From UHGV virus genome UHGV-0104605: DNA of 10,891 nucleotides; one strand, written 5' to 3'. The translations under genes were made by a program, and so were the position numbers. The notes beneath the pieces were generated by a model, which saw only the letters and a program-made list of their open reading frames with translations, did no database searches and had not been told where the DNA came from. This document shows, in pieces, positions 1 through 8,010 of this stretch; the first letter of the stretch is position 1; each line of letters opens with the position of its first letter. The stretch comes from a virus.

Positions 1-341
1 ACATACAGATATGGGGTTCGCCCACTATGCATGGTAAAGCTTTCAGGAAGCTCAATCTCGATAGCTGCTCGCGATGCCTGCCACGTTTGCCAGTGGCCTT
101 GAACATCGTCCATCACGTATTGACCACCAATATTACCGCTGCCAATTTCATGGTGATTTTCAGGGTAACGGATAAGGTCTGAAGATTCGCCCCCACGTCG
201 TAACCAACTCTCTTCAAACTGGCATCTGCTTTCGTCATCTTTCATAAGGCAGTCACATTCAATAAAAATCGGCTCTCCCCAAGAAGTAGAACCTCCGCTA
301 TCACACATTCCTGTGTTATTGCACTTTTGGCACTTGCTCAC
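1..341 (-). CDS. Hypothetical Cys-rich protein, nin-region position; 3' end runs off the window
   Basis: Minus-strand frame open from 341 to the window edge. Likely GTG start at 341-339 with GGAGG 5 nt upstream (read as complement of 346-350). N-terminus MSKCQKCNNTGMCDSGGSTSWGEPIFIECDCL has clustered Cys (CxxC, CDC), suggesting metal binding. Sits immediately downstream of the small membrane ORF. Family not recognised. Confidence 0.45.
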   Translation of the reverse strand, partial: MSKCQKCNNTGMCDSGGSTSWGEPIFIECDCLMKDDESRCQFEESWLRRGGESSDLIRYPENHHEIGSGNIGGQYVMDDVQGHWQTWQASRAAIEIELPESFTMHSGRTPYLY

Positions 342-353
342 ATTAACCTCCGA

Positions 354-560
354 TTAACTCACAAAACGCCACGCCATTTTTGCTACAGCGACAGGCATAA
401 CACCGATAATCACCCAGACAAATGCAGCGCCAAACAACGTATACCATGGGTCTTTACCGTCATTCACAAGACGAATGTAGCTATGCAGAACAATAAAAAA
501 CGTCAGAAGAATCCATCCAACGCCAACGCATTTGAATGCGACGAGCATAAACTCAGCCAC
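354..560 (-). CDS. Small membrane protein (68 aa, two predicted transmembrane helices)
   Basis: Matches the track ORF 354..560. GTG start with a G-rich RBS upstream (complement of about 566-574). Two hydrophobic stretches (WILLTFFIVLHSYI and FGAAFVWVIIGVMPVAVA). Located just past the terminator that follows the helicase gene. Confidence 0.5.
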   Translation of the reverse strand: MAEFMLVAFKCVGVGWILLTFFIVLHSYIRLVNDGKDPWYTLFGAAFVWVIIGVMPVAVAKMAWRFVS

Positions 561-575
561 GATTTACTCTCCCCC

Positions 576-607
576 AAATAAAAAGGCCTGCGATTACCAG
601 CAGGCCT
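576..607 (-). terminator. Intrinsic terminator downstream of the helicase gene (tR2-like position)
   Basis: Perfect 8-bp inverted repeat aggcctgc (584-591) and gcaggcct (600-607) with an 8-nt loop. On the minus strand it is followed by a U-run (plus-strand A-run 576-583). Lies 26 nt past the helicase stop codon. Confidence 0.5.
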
Positions 608-632
608 GTTATTAGCTCAGTGACGTAGATGG

Positions 633-2009
633 TCATACGTCAGCCCCTTGTGCATATCGTCTGCCACGCGCAGCGGGCGCATTTGATGCTGTGCAAATCT
701 GTCTGGCTTCATCCTGGTCACATGCAACAAAGTGTCCGTTGCAGAACCGCTGGTAAACCGTACCAAGCGAGCCAAAACGGTTTTTTGTCACAATGATTTC
801 AGCAAATGGTGCGGCGCTACTGTTCTCGTCATATACCGCTTCCCGATAGAGCATGATGATTGAGTCTGCGTCCTGTTCAATGCTTCCTGAATCACGCAAA
901 TCTGCGTTTGTCGGGCGTTTGTTTGGTCGCTTCTCAACATCGCGCGAAAGCTGACTCAGGGAGATAACAGGCGTTTTCAGGTCTTTCGCCATCGCCTTCA
1001 GGCTTCCGGAGATGTGAGCAATTGCGAGGTCGTTGCGGTCTGCTTTCGGCTTCTCAATCAGGCCAAGATAATCCGCCATGATGAGTGACAGGTTTGGATT
1101 TTCCTGTTTGTGCCGTTCTGCGATTGAGCGTATTTCTTCGACCGATAACCGCGAGGCATCGACTACCCATACATCCAAATCTGCAAGCTGACTCATGCCG
1201 TTAGCAACACGCGCCCAGCCTTCGTCATCCATCGATGCAGGATTTCGCAGCACGCTAACCGACATCCTCCCGGCGTTGGCAATGCTTCGCTCTGCAATCT
1301 GCAATGCGCTCATTTCCATCGAGAAAATCAACACTCCGCGCCGGACGTCAGAACCAGGAATAGTGCGGCTTGCAACGCCTTCGGCAATCTTCAGCGCCAG
1401 CTCGGTTTTCCCCATACCAGGACGAGCGGCGATAATCACCAGGTCTTCTGCGTTCATCCCTCCGGTGATGGCGTCAAGTTCTTCGATTCCGGTCTTCAGG
1501 GTATCTGACTCTTCTCCGTTCCTCAGACGCCTGTCAAGCGTGTCGGTGTAGTCAGTGATGATTTCCCCTAACCGTACAGGTTTAACCTCGTCACGGGGCT
1601 TTCTGATGGCTGAGAGACGCTTTACAAGCTCATCCATCGCCTGACTCGATGCGTCGATGGTTCCGCTCTGAATTGGTTCACGCATTTCATCCATGATTTC
1701 CAGCACCAGGCGGCGGTGATAGTTATCCGCGACCATTCCGGCATATCCCTTCAGGTTTGCGGCACTCGGGCAGTTCTTACTGGTCATCAGGATTGACGTG
1801 AAATGCTCCTCTCCGCACGCCTCGGCAACCATCAGCGCGTCGATTAGGTTTCTGTTTCTCGCCTGCTTACGGATAACTTCGAAGGCTTTCCTGTAGAGCG
1901 GAATTGAAAACGCTTCCGGCTCAAGCGTTGCCAGAACGTCACTGGCGGTTGGAGTTAATCCACCAATCAGCAGGCCACCGATAACGCTCGCTTCGATATC
2001 CTGTCTCAT
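633..2009 (-). CDS. Replicative DNA helicase, DnaB family (P22 gene 12-like)
   Basis: 458 aa. Walker [18 protein letters not shown], Walker B region [10 protein letters not shown], and DnaB-type motifs [12 protein letters not shown] and [16 protein letters not shown]. Start ATG overlaps the stop of the upstream O-like gene (ATGA at 2006-2009), indicating translational coupling. Confidence 0.9.
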   Translation of the reverse strand: MRQDIEASVIGGLLIGGLTPTASDVLATLEPEAFSIPLYRKAFEVIRKQARNRNLIDALMVAEACGEEHFTSILMTSKNCPSAANLKGYAGMVADNYHRRLVLEIMDEMREPIQSGTIDASSQAMDELVKRLSAIRKPRDEVKPVRLGEIITDYTDTLDRRLRNGEESDTLKTGIEELDAITGGMNAEDLVIIAARPGMGKTELALKIAEGVASRTIPGSDVRRGVLIFSMEMSALQIAERSIANAGRMSVSVLRNPASMDDEGWARVANGMSQLADLDVWVVDASRLSVEEIRSIAERHKQENPNLSLIMADYLGLIEKPKADRNDLAIAHISGSLKAMAKDLKTPVISLSQLSRDVEKRPNKRPTNADLRDSGSIEQDADSIIMLYREAVYDENSSAAPFAEIIVTKNRFGSLGTVYQRFCNGHFVACDQDEARQICTASNAPAARGRRYAQGADV

Positions 2010-2827
2010 GCAATCCCCCTGTCTGCAAACTTCCCTTCCCGAACTCCCGTTAACGAGTCTTCCCTCAGCAGGTAATCAAAATCTGCCGTCCAGCCCGTGT
2101 CGTTGTCTCCGAAGTAAAACGGCTTGGCCTGATGCACAAACGCCCTGACATACGCTCTGAAACCGTCCACGTTTGGCGTTTTCAGTTGCGGGATGATTTT
2201 CTTCAGGCGGCGTTTGCGTTTCTCGTTGACCGCAACAGCATGTGGAAGTCTGTCACCGACTTCGGTGTTGTAGGCGTTCAGGAAGGATTCGTAGTCGATT
2301 CGTTCTGCCTTGCGACGTTCAGGTTTAACCTGCCCATCGCCGCCCCCGTTAGGGGGTAAGGGGGTATTTGTATTTATTGTCTTTTGTATATTGTCTTTTG
2401 TGTTTAGCTGACTTGGCTTATACCCATTAGCCGACTTGGCTAATGTTTTATTAGCTGTTTTAGCTAATGTTAAGCTGTCCTGGCTAATCCACTGAGAAAC
2501 CACCTTGTTCACTCCGATTTTCACGCCATCAGCAATGAGGAATTTACGCTCGATAAGCTGGCGCTTGGCAGCGCAAACATGAGTGTGATGAATACCTGTC
2601 ATGGCTGCTATCTGCGTGTTTGTGAGTCGATCCATCGGCTTATTGAATCCGTATGTCTTGCGCATGATAGCGAGCATCACCTTCATCTGCCGGACGGTTA
2701 AATCAGCCATCAGCAGACTGTCGGTAATCTCGTTAGCAACGCGCATGAAACCATCTTCGGTATCTGCCACGCGATGCTCCACGACCTCCAGTTGAGGCCT
2801 GTAATCAGCTAACTTAACGACGCCCAT
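2006..2827 (-). CDS. Replication initiation protein: lambda O-like N-terminal domain with a different, conserved phage C-terminal domain
   Basis: 273 aa. N-terminal segment [28 protein letters not shown] resembles lambda O (RQFKVLLAILRKTYGWNKPMDRITDSQL, from memory). The middle of the gene carries the iteron origin. The C-terminal part ([13 protein letters not shown] ... [18 protein letters not shown]) differs from the lambda O C-terminus, consistent with pairing to a DnaB-type helicase rather than lambda P. Confidence 0.85.
   Translation of the reverse strand: MGVVKLADYRPQLEVVEHRVADTEDGFMRVANEITDSLLMADLTVRQMKVMLAIMRKTYGFNKPMDRLTNTQIAAMTGIHHTHVCAAKRQLIERKFLIADGVKIGVNKVVSQWISQDSLTLAKTANKTLAKSANGYKPSQLNTKDNIQKTINTNTPLPPNGGGDGQVKPERRKAERIDYESFLNAYNTEVGDRLPHAVAVNEKRKRRLKKIIPQLKTPNVDGFRAYVRAFVHQAKPFYFGDNDTGWTADFDYLLREDSLTGVREGKFADRGIA
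2366..2487. other. Phage origin of replication inside the O-like gene: four about 17-bp iterons plus an adjacent AT-rich region
   Basis: Iterons at 2404-2420 (ttagctgacttggctta), 2427-2443 (ttagccgacttggctaa), 2451-2467 (ttagctgttttagctaa) and 2471-2487 (taagctgtcctggctaa), each with internal dyad TTAGC...GCTAA. AT-rich segment 2366-2402 contains the direct repeat ttgtcttttgt twice. The layout (iterons then AT-rich in the direction of O transcription) mirrors lambda ori. Confidence 0.65.
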
Positions 2828-2975
2828 GTTTCACTCCTGCTTTGGCTAGTCTGTAAACACCAACAAGGCGCTCTGCGAACGCCCTGTTATTTGCTGCGGC
2901 TACCACTAATCCCTCAGGTGAATCAGGGTGTCGAATCTCTTCTTTTTCCTGGTATTTCTTACGACGTTTTGTCAT
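2814..2975 (-). CDS. Small basic ORF (53 aa) between cII and the O-like gene
   Basis: ATG at 2975-2973 with GGGAG 5 nt upstream. Translates to [53 protein letters not shown]. Its 3' end overlaps the O start by about 14 nt in another frame. Below the length cut-off of the supplied ORF track. No family recognised. Confidence 0.4.
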   Translation of the reverse strand: MTKRRKKYQEKEEIRHPDSPEGLVVAAANNRAFAERLVGVYRLAKAGVKHGRR

Positions 2976-2979
2976 AATT

Positions 2980-3052
2980 ACTCCCGTGGATTGATCCAGT
3001 CTTTCTACATTAGGCCTCGAAGAATTCGCCGTTCTTCGGGGCTTTTTCTTTT
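2980..3052 (+). ncRNA. oop: oop-like antisense RNA, convergent with the 3' end of cII (5' end approximate)
   Basis: Strong plus-strand intrinsic terminator embedded in the last codons of cII, the same arrangement as lambda oop. A possible -10 (cataat, 2973-2978) lies upstream. The promoter and the 5' end are inferred, not demonstrated. Confidence 0.45.
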
Positions 3053-3288
3053 GTCAGCATTCTGGCTACTTGCTTAGCCAGTTCCGCCAACTCCTCGTCT
3101 TCAACACCCCATTCAAGAACAGCCAGAAGCATTCCCATTTTGGGGATGAAGCTGTCTTTCCATCGCGAAATTTGCGATTCATTAACCCCTAACGCGTCGG
3201 CAACCTTTCGCTGACCACGTACAGCAATTCGATTCAGGATGTTGCTTGTAATTGCATTCGCTTTCTTGCGAGTACTTGTAAGTTGCAT
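3010..3288 (-). CDS. cII: cII-family transcriptional activator (P22 C1-like)
   Basis: 92 aa from ATG 3288 (AAGGA RBS upstream). The track ORF 3010..3348 is trimmed to this start. Motif GVNESQISRWKDSFIPKMGMLLAVLEWGV matches the cII helix-turn-helix and tetramerisation region (lambda GVDKSQISRWKRDWIPKFSMLLAVLEWGV, from memory). Sits between the Cro-proximal nutR/tR1 and the replication genes. Confidence 0.85.
   Translation of the reverse strand: MQLTSTRKKANAITSNILNRIAVRGQRKVADALGVNESQISRWKDSFIPKMGMLLAVLEWGVEDEELAELAKQVARMLTKEKAPKNGEFFEA
3014..3052 (+). terminator. Rho-independent terminator on the plus strand (oop-type)
   Basis: Stem gcctcgaagaa (3014-3024), loop ttcgccg, stem ttcttcggggc (3032-3042), followed by tttttctttt (3043-3052). 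On the minus strand the same region has no U-tract, so it should not terminate the cII-O transcript. Confidence 0.7.
3242..3255 (+). promoter_or_regulatory. cII-binding site of a pRE-like promoter (TTGC-N6-TTGC), directed toward cI
   Basis: ttgcttgtaattgc read directly on the plus strand inside the 5' part of the cII coding region. In lambdoid phages cII binds TTGC-N6-TTGC flanking the -35 of pRE at this position. The -10 is not confidently placed. Confidence 0.55.
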
Positions 3289-3299
3289 ATGTAAGTATT

Positions 3300-3399
3300 T
3301 CCTTAGATAACAATTGATTGAATGTATGCAAATAAATGCATACACCATAGGTGTGGTTTAATTTGATGCCCTTTTTCAGGGCTGGGATGTGTAAGAGCG
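3300..3399 (-). promoter_or_regulatory. nutR (boxA and boxB) and tR1 region between cro and cII
   Basis: On the minus strand, boxA CGCTCTTA (complement of 3392-3399) and boxB GCCCTGAAAAAGGGC (complement of 3368-3382) lie immediately after the cro stop. The following segment (aaaccacacctatggtgtatgcatttatttgcatacattcaatcaattg) matches the lambda tR1 region as I recall it. Confidence 0.8.
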
Positions 3400-3407
3400 G
3401 GAATGTC

Positions 3408-4760
<1,353 letters not shown>

Positions 4761-4809
4761 TCCCCACCTCAATCTCGATAACCAAAAACAAACTATTTTT
4801 CATTTAAAA

Positions 4810-4885
4810 ACAATGGAGTTTGTTTTTCACGCCCCTTTTTACAATATTTCTTGTTTACAACATACAATCTTTCTTGTAATTTTAA
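4810..4885 (+). promoter_or_regulatory. Left operator OL1-3 and pL, 434 type
   Basis: Three ACAA-N6-TTGT sites at 4810-4823 (acaatggagtttgt), 4841-4854 (acaatatttcttgt) and 4864-4877 (acaatctttcttgt). A plausible -35/-10 pair (tttaca about 4854-4859, taattt about 4877-4882) overlaps the sites and is oriented toward N. Confidence 0.75.
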
Positions 4886-4921
4886 GCCATCAGCAGGACG
4901 CACTGACCACCATGAAGGTGA

Positions 4922-4952
4922 GGCTCTTAAAAATTAAGCCCTGAAGAAGGGC
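4922..4952 (+). promoter_or_regulatory. nutL (boxA-like element and boxB hairpin)
   Basis: ggctctta (4922-4929), a 7/8 match to boxA CGCTCTTA, followed by boxB gccctgaagaagggc (4938-4952). The flanking sequence matches lambda nutL as I recall it, with one possible substitution in boxA. Confidence 0.85.
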
Positions 4953-5220
4953 AGCATTCAAAGCAGAAGGCTTTGGGGTGTGGTGAAGCCAGCTAGTCAC
5001 TGGCAAGTGCTTACCTACTGTTGAGCGGTGAAGCGCTCCCAACGCTAGCAATAGCGTGGACGAGATGGGGAGCCGCGGGCGATAAGGCCGCCATAACGCG
5101 CACGTTGTCGCATGGAAAAATCGCTGGGGTGCCGGTTATACCCCTCCGAATGAGACTCAACAAGCTGGAGCTAGACTACCAGCCACCACACCACCAAAGC
5201 TAACTGACAGGAGAATACAG

Positions 5221-5547
5221 ATGGATGCACAAACACGCCGCCGCGAACGTCGCGCAGAGAAACAGGCTCAATGGAAAGCAGCAAATCCCCTGTTGGTTGG
5301 GGTAAGCGCAAAACCAGTTAACCGCCCTATTCTCTCGCTGAATCGCAAACCGAAATCACGAGTAGAAAGCGCACTGAATCCGATAGACCTTACGGTACTG
5401 GCTGAATACCACGAACAGATTGAAAGCAACCTGCAACGTATTGAGCGCAAGAATCAGCGCACATGGTACAGCAAGCCACGCAGTGAAATGGGGGTGACTT
5501 GTGTAGGTCGCCAGAAAATGAAATTAGGCAGCAAACCACTTATTTGA
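5221..5547 (+). CDS. N: Antitermination protein N, lambda type
   Basis: 108 aa. MDAQTRRRERRAEKQAQWKAANPLLVGVSAKPVNRPILSLNRKPKSRVESALNPIDLTVLAEYH matches lambda N including the Arg-rich boxB-binding motif; the C-terminal 25 aa or so differ at several positions. RBS AGGAGA 6 nt upstream. Preceded by a roughly 270-nt leader after nutL. Confidence 0.92.
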   Translation: MDAQTRRRERRAEKQAQWKAANPLLVGVSAKPVNRPILSLNRKPKSRVESALNPIDLTVLAEYHEQIESNLQRIERKNQRTWYSKPRSEMGVTCVGRQKMKLGSKPLI

Positions 5548-5555
5548 GGTGAGAT

Positions 5556-5642
5556 ATGGAAGAAGAATTTGAAGAGTTCGAAGAGCATCCGCAGGATGTG
5601 ATGGAACAATACCAGGACTATCCGTATGACTACGACTATTGA
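5556..5642 (+). CDS. Small acidic peptide (28 aa), possible lambda orf28 counterpart
   Basis: RBS GAGGTGAG then ATG 5556. Translates to MEEEFEEFEEHPQDVMEQYQDYPYDYDY. Overlaps the ral start by 17 nt. Below the ORF-track cut-off. Assignment rests on position and length only. Confidence 0.35.
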   Translation: MEEEFEEFEEHPQDVMEQYQDYPYDYDY

Positions 5643-5826
5643 TAAGAATCAATGGTGTGGACAATTCAAACGATGCAATGGATGCAAGCTGCAATCGGAA
5701 TGCATGGTTAAGCCTGAAGAAATGTTTCCTGTGATGGAAGATGGGAAATATGTCGATAAATGGGCAATACGAACGACGGCAATGATTGCCAGAGAAATTG
5801 GTAAACAGAACAACAAGGCTGCCTGA
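5626..5826 (+). CDS. ral: Restriction alleviation protein Ral (lambda-like)
   Basis: 66 aa, MTTTIDKNQWCGQFKRCNGCKLQSEC..., the expected size and position (downstream of N in the pL operon). The sequence matches my recollection of lambda Ral, with a CxxxxxCxxC cluster. Confidence 0.6.
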   Translation: MTTTIDKNQWCGQFKRCNGCKLQSECMVKPEEMFPVMEDGKYVDKWAIRTTAMIAREIGKQNNKAA

Positions 5827-5865
5827 TGGTGGCCTTTATTTTTGGCATAAACAACAGAGGCTAAC

Positions 5866-6162
5866 ATGGGATTTAAAGGTACTGAAGGTAAGTGGGAAAT
5901 AATGATGGATGGCGATGATATTAAAATCATCCAGGCAGACTCTCTTGAAAATGGCGCAGGCTGGCGTTCGTATATTGCAATCTGTGAGGAAGTTCAATGC
6001 ATTGAAGATGCCAATCTAATAGCGGCAGCACCTGACCTTCTCGAAGCACTTCAGTTATTACTTAAGCAATCCAAAAATAGAACAACGACAACATATCCAG
6101 AATGGTATGGAGCTGTTAATAAAGGTCTTGCAGCAATCAGCAAGGCTCTGGTAGGTGAGTGA
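5866..6162 (+). CDS. Hypothetical protein (98 aa), pL-operon accessory gene
   Basis: Track ORF with RBS AGAGG upstream of ATG 5866. Acidic N-terminal half. Occupies the position of ea10 or P22 gene 17 in related phages, but no sequence assignment is possible. Confidence 0.5.
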   Translation: MGFKGTEGKWEIMMDGDDIKIIQADSLENGAGWRSYIAICEEVQCIEDANLIAAAPDLLEALQLLLKQSKNRTTTTYPEWYGAVNKGLAAISKALVGE

Positions 6163-6362
6163 TGTGCGAGTTTTATGAAGCAGATATCAAACGCCCAGAA
6201 ATGGCAAGTGATGCGACATTACGTGATTACTTCGCGGCAAAGGCTATGCAAGCAATGATTAGCAATCCATCGATTATCGATAATGATTCTGATGGAGCTG
6301 TTAATTATGCAGCAAGCGCTGCATATAAGTTTGCAGACGCAATGCTCAAAGCTCGCGAATAA
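6159..6362 (+). CDS. Hypothetical protein (67 aa)
   Basis: Track ORF. The start (GTG 6159 or ATG 6162) overlaps the stop of the upstream gene. Ala-rich and acidic. Followed immediately by a hairpin. Confidence 0.45.
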   Translation: MMCEFYEADIKRPEMASDATLRDYFAAKAMQAMISNPSIIDNDSDGAVNYAASAAYKFADAMLKARE

Positions 6363-6457
6363 GCACTGTGTATTCATTCCAACGAGTGAATACACGGAGC
6401 AATGTCGCTCGTAACTAAACAGGAGCCGACTTGTTCTGATTATTGGAAATCTTCTTT

Positions 6458-6482
6458 GCCCTCCAATGTGAGGGCTTTTTTA
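6458..6482 (+). terminator. Rho-independent terminator within the pL operon (tL2/tL3-like)
   Basis: gccctc (6458-6463), loop caatgt, gagggc (6470-6475), then tttttt (6476-6481). Lies between the 67-aa gene and the cIII-like gene and would need N-mediated antitermination to be read through. Confidence 0.75.
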
Positions 6483-6547
6483 TATGCATACCAATAACGC
6501 TTCACTCGAGGCGTTTTCGTTATGCAATCAAACAGAAGGAGCATCCT

Positions 6548-6718
6548 ATGCAACAGTTCGCTATTGCAGGGGCGGCATCGGTTCGCCCTTTCAACCCGAT
6601 TTTATCGGTACAGCATTCACGAAAAAACATTTTAACCGGAGCAGACTTTAAACAACCAAGAATGAAAAGTTTGCTCGAAAAGCTTTGGGATATTTTGAAA
6701 CAACAAGGCCGTCCATGA
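6548..6718 (+). CDS. cIII-like small protein (56 aa), candidate FtsH inhibitor
   Basis: RBS AAGGAG then ATG 6548. MQQFAIAGAAS...KSLLEKLWDILKQQGRP resembles lambda cIII (MQYAIAG ... ESLLERITRKLRDGWKRLIDILNQPGVP, from memory) at both ends. The upstream part of track ORF 6443..6718 crosses the terminator and is discarded. Confidence 0.45.
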   Translation: MQQFAIAGAASVRPFNPILSVQHSRKNILTGADFKQPRMKSLLEKLWDILKQQGRP

Positions 6719-6822
6719 GTTTTACAGATAACTGGTCAGACGAAGAATTCATTCGTCAGATGAACAAAATGCTCAATCAGCACAAAGAACAGGAGAAAGA
6801 TGATGATTCTGACTCTGAATGA
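6715..6822 (+). CDS. Possible small ORF (35 aa, acidic C-terminus)
   Basis: ATG overlaps the cIII-like stop (ATGA). Translates to MSFTDNWSDEEFIRQMNKMLNQHKEQEKDDDSDSE. Overlaps the next gene by 23 nt. It could be a Kil-position peptide or spurious. Confidence 0.25.
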   Translation: MSFTDNWSDEEFIRQMNKMLNQHKEQEKDDDSDSE

Positions 6823-7111
6823 TAAGCGTGAAATATCGCAAATAATCGCAAGTTTTACTGATGAAGATTACGAGCGAATCAACAGTGAAGTTGATCGCCT
6901 CTGCAAACGTTGCGACCCAATAAGCGAAATGCTTCGCTCATATAAACCAGATGAACACACTAAGGACGCTATCGACTGGCTGGAAGATGATGACTGTAAC
7001 TATCAGGAAAAAGCCGCTGAATGGTTCTGGGATGCAATAACCGAAAGAGTTAAGGCTGAATATGCCTTCGCAATATTCAAACGCAGACACATTTTTGGAG
7101 AAGCTGCATGA
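6800..7111 (+). CDS. Hypothetical acidic protein (103 aa) translationally coupled to recT
   Basis: RBS AGGAG upstream of ATG 6800. The stop overlaps the RecT start (ATGA at 7108-7111). Acidic, with a DWLEDDDCNYQE segment. No recognisable nuclease motifs. Confidence 0.55.
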   Translation: MMILTLNDKREISQIIASFTDEDYERINSEVDRLCKRCDPISEMLRSYKPDEHTKDAIDWLEDDDCNYQEKAAEWFWDAITERVKAEYAFAIFKRRHIFGEAA

Positions 7112-8010
7112 GCAATATCGTTGAATTCGTTAAACAGCAGGAGCAGTTATTCTGCGGAGCATTGACTGAACAGACGGTGACATGGGCTAAGGAAAGCCAG
7201 TTTGCAATTCAGTATTTCCAGAAAAACGATTACCTGGCTAAAACAGCACTGGCAAATCCAACCAGCGCACAGAACGCCATCATCAATGTTGCGGCGATCG
7301 GCATCACCTTAAACCCGGCCAGCAAACTGGCTTATCTGGTTCCTCGCGACGGCATGGTGTGCCTTGATATCAGTTACATGGGATTACTTCATCTTGCGCA
7401 ATCGACAGGATCAATTAAGTGGGGGCAATGCAAACTGGTGTACTCAAACGACACCTATGAATCAAATGGCCTTGATTCAGCACCAACCCACAAATACAAC
7501 GCATTTGGTGAGCGAGGCTCTATTGTTGGAGGTTATTGCACGGTTAAAACAGCAGATGGTGACTACCTGACTGAAGAAATGAGTCTGGCAGAAATTAAAG
7601 CTGTGGAAGCAACGAGCAAGGCAAAGAATGGACCGTGGAAAACATTCTGGGAAGAGATGGCGCGTAAAACAATAGTTAAACGCGCCAGCAAATACTGGCC
7701 TAAAGCCCAGCGACTGGATAATGCCATTCACCTGCTTAACGAAGATGAAGGTATGCATCAGGAACCAGTTATGCCGCACAAATCAGAGGAAGATATCCGC
7801 GAAGATGAACGGAAACGCCAGCAGGAAATAATGGATAAAGCACAACTTCTTTGCGATGAAATGGCTCAGGCAGAAAACATGGATGATTTGAAGCGATATT
7901 TTGCAGAAGCATATCGCCTGACAGCTGGAATGAAATTGCAGCAGAACGTACAAGCCATTTACGCAGAATGCAAAGCGAAACTGGAGGTTGCCAGTGAGCA
8001 AACTGTATGA
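7108..8010 (+). CDS. recT: RecT-family single-strand annealing protein (recombinase)
   Basis: 300 aa. Segment NGPWKTFWEEMARKTIVKRASKYWP matches the conserved RecT core (Rac RecT NGPWVTHWEEMAKKTAIRRLFKYLP, from memory). RBS GGAGAAG upstream. Confidence 0.85.
   Translation: MSNIVEFVKQQEQLFCGALTEQTVTWAKESQFAIQYFQKNDYLAKTALANPTSAQNAIINVAAIGITLNPASKLAYLVPRDGMVCLDISYMGLLHLAQSTGSIKWGQCKLVYSNDTYESNGLDSAPTHKYNAFGERGSIVGGYCTVKTADGDYLTEEMSLAEIKAVEATSKAKNGPWKTFWEEMARKTIVKRASKYWPKAQRLDNAIHLLNEDEGMHQEPVMPHKSEEDIREDERKRQQEIMDKAQLLCDEMAQAENMDDLKRYFAEAYRLTAGMKLQQNVQAIYAECKAKLEVASEQTV

Noticed and set aside
327-581. 84-aa plus-strand ORF from the track
   Set aside because: Entirely antisense to the small membrane-protein gene and the start of the Cys-rich gene. 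No RBS. The minus-strand genes have GGAGG-type sites and fit the operon direction.
1195-1551. 118-aa plus-strand ORF inside the helicase gene
   Set aside because: Antisense to a DnaB-family gene with intact Walker motifs. Pro/Ser/Arg-rich composition typical of a spurious opposite-strand frame.
2366-2487. Possible CRISPR array or mobile-element terminal repeats
   Set aside because: The repeats are about 17 bp, imperfect, only four in number, and sit inside the initiator coding sequence next to an AT-rich tract, which is the signature of a lambdoid origin rather than CRISPR or an insertion-sequence end.
2132-2795. Plus-strand ORFs 2132..2359 and 2601..2795
   Set aside because: Both lie inside and antisense to the O-like initiator gene, and neither has an RBS.
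5021-5203. 60-aa plus-strand ORF upstream of N
   Set aside because: Falls in the untranslated nutL-N leader. No RBS. N has a proper RBS and a recognisable sequence.
5268-5930. Minus-strand ORFs 5268..5450 and 5649..5930
   Set aside because: Antisense to N and to ral and its neighbour, respectively. Ser/Leu/Ile-rich composition and no ribosome-binding sites.
6443-6547. 5' extension of the cIII-like ORF as given in the track
   Set aside because: The extension would require translation through an intrinsic terminator hairpin and lacks an RBS. The ATG at 6548 has AAGGAG upstream.
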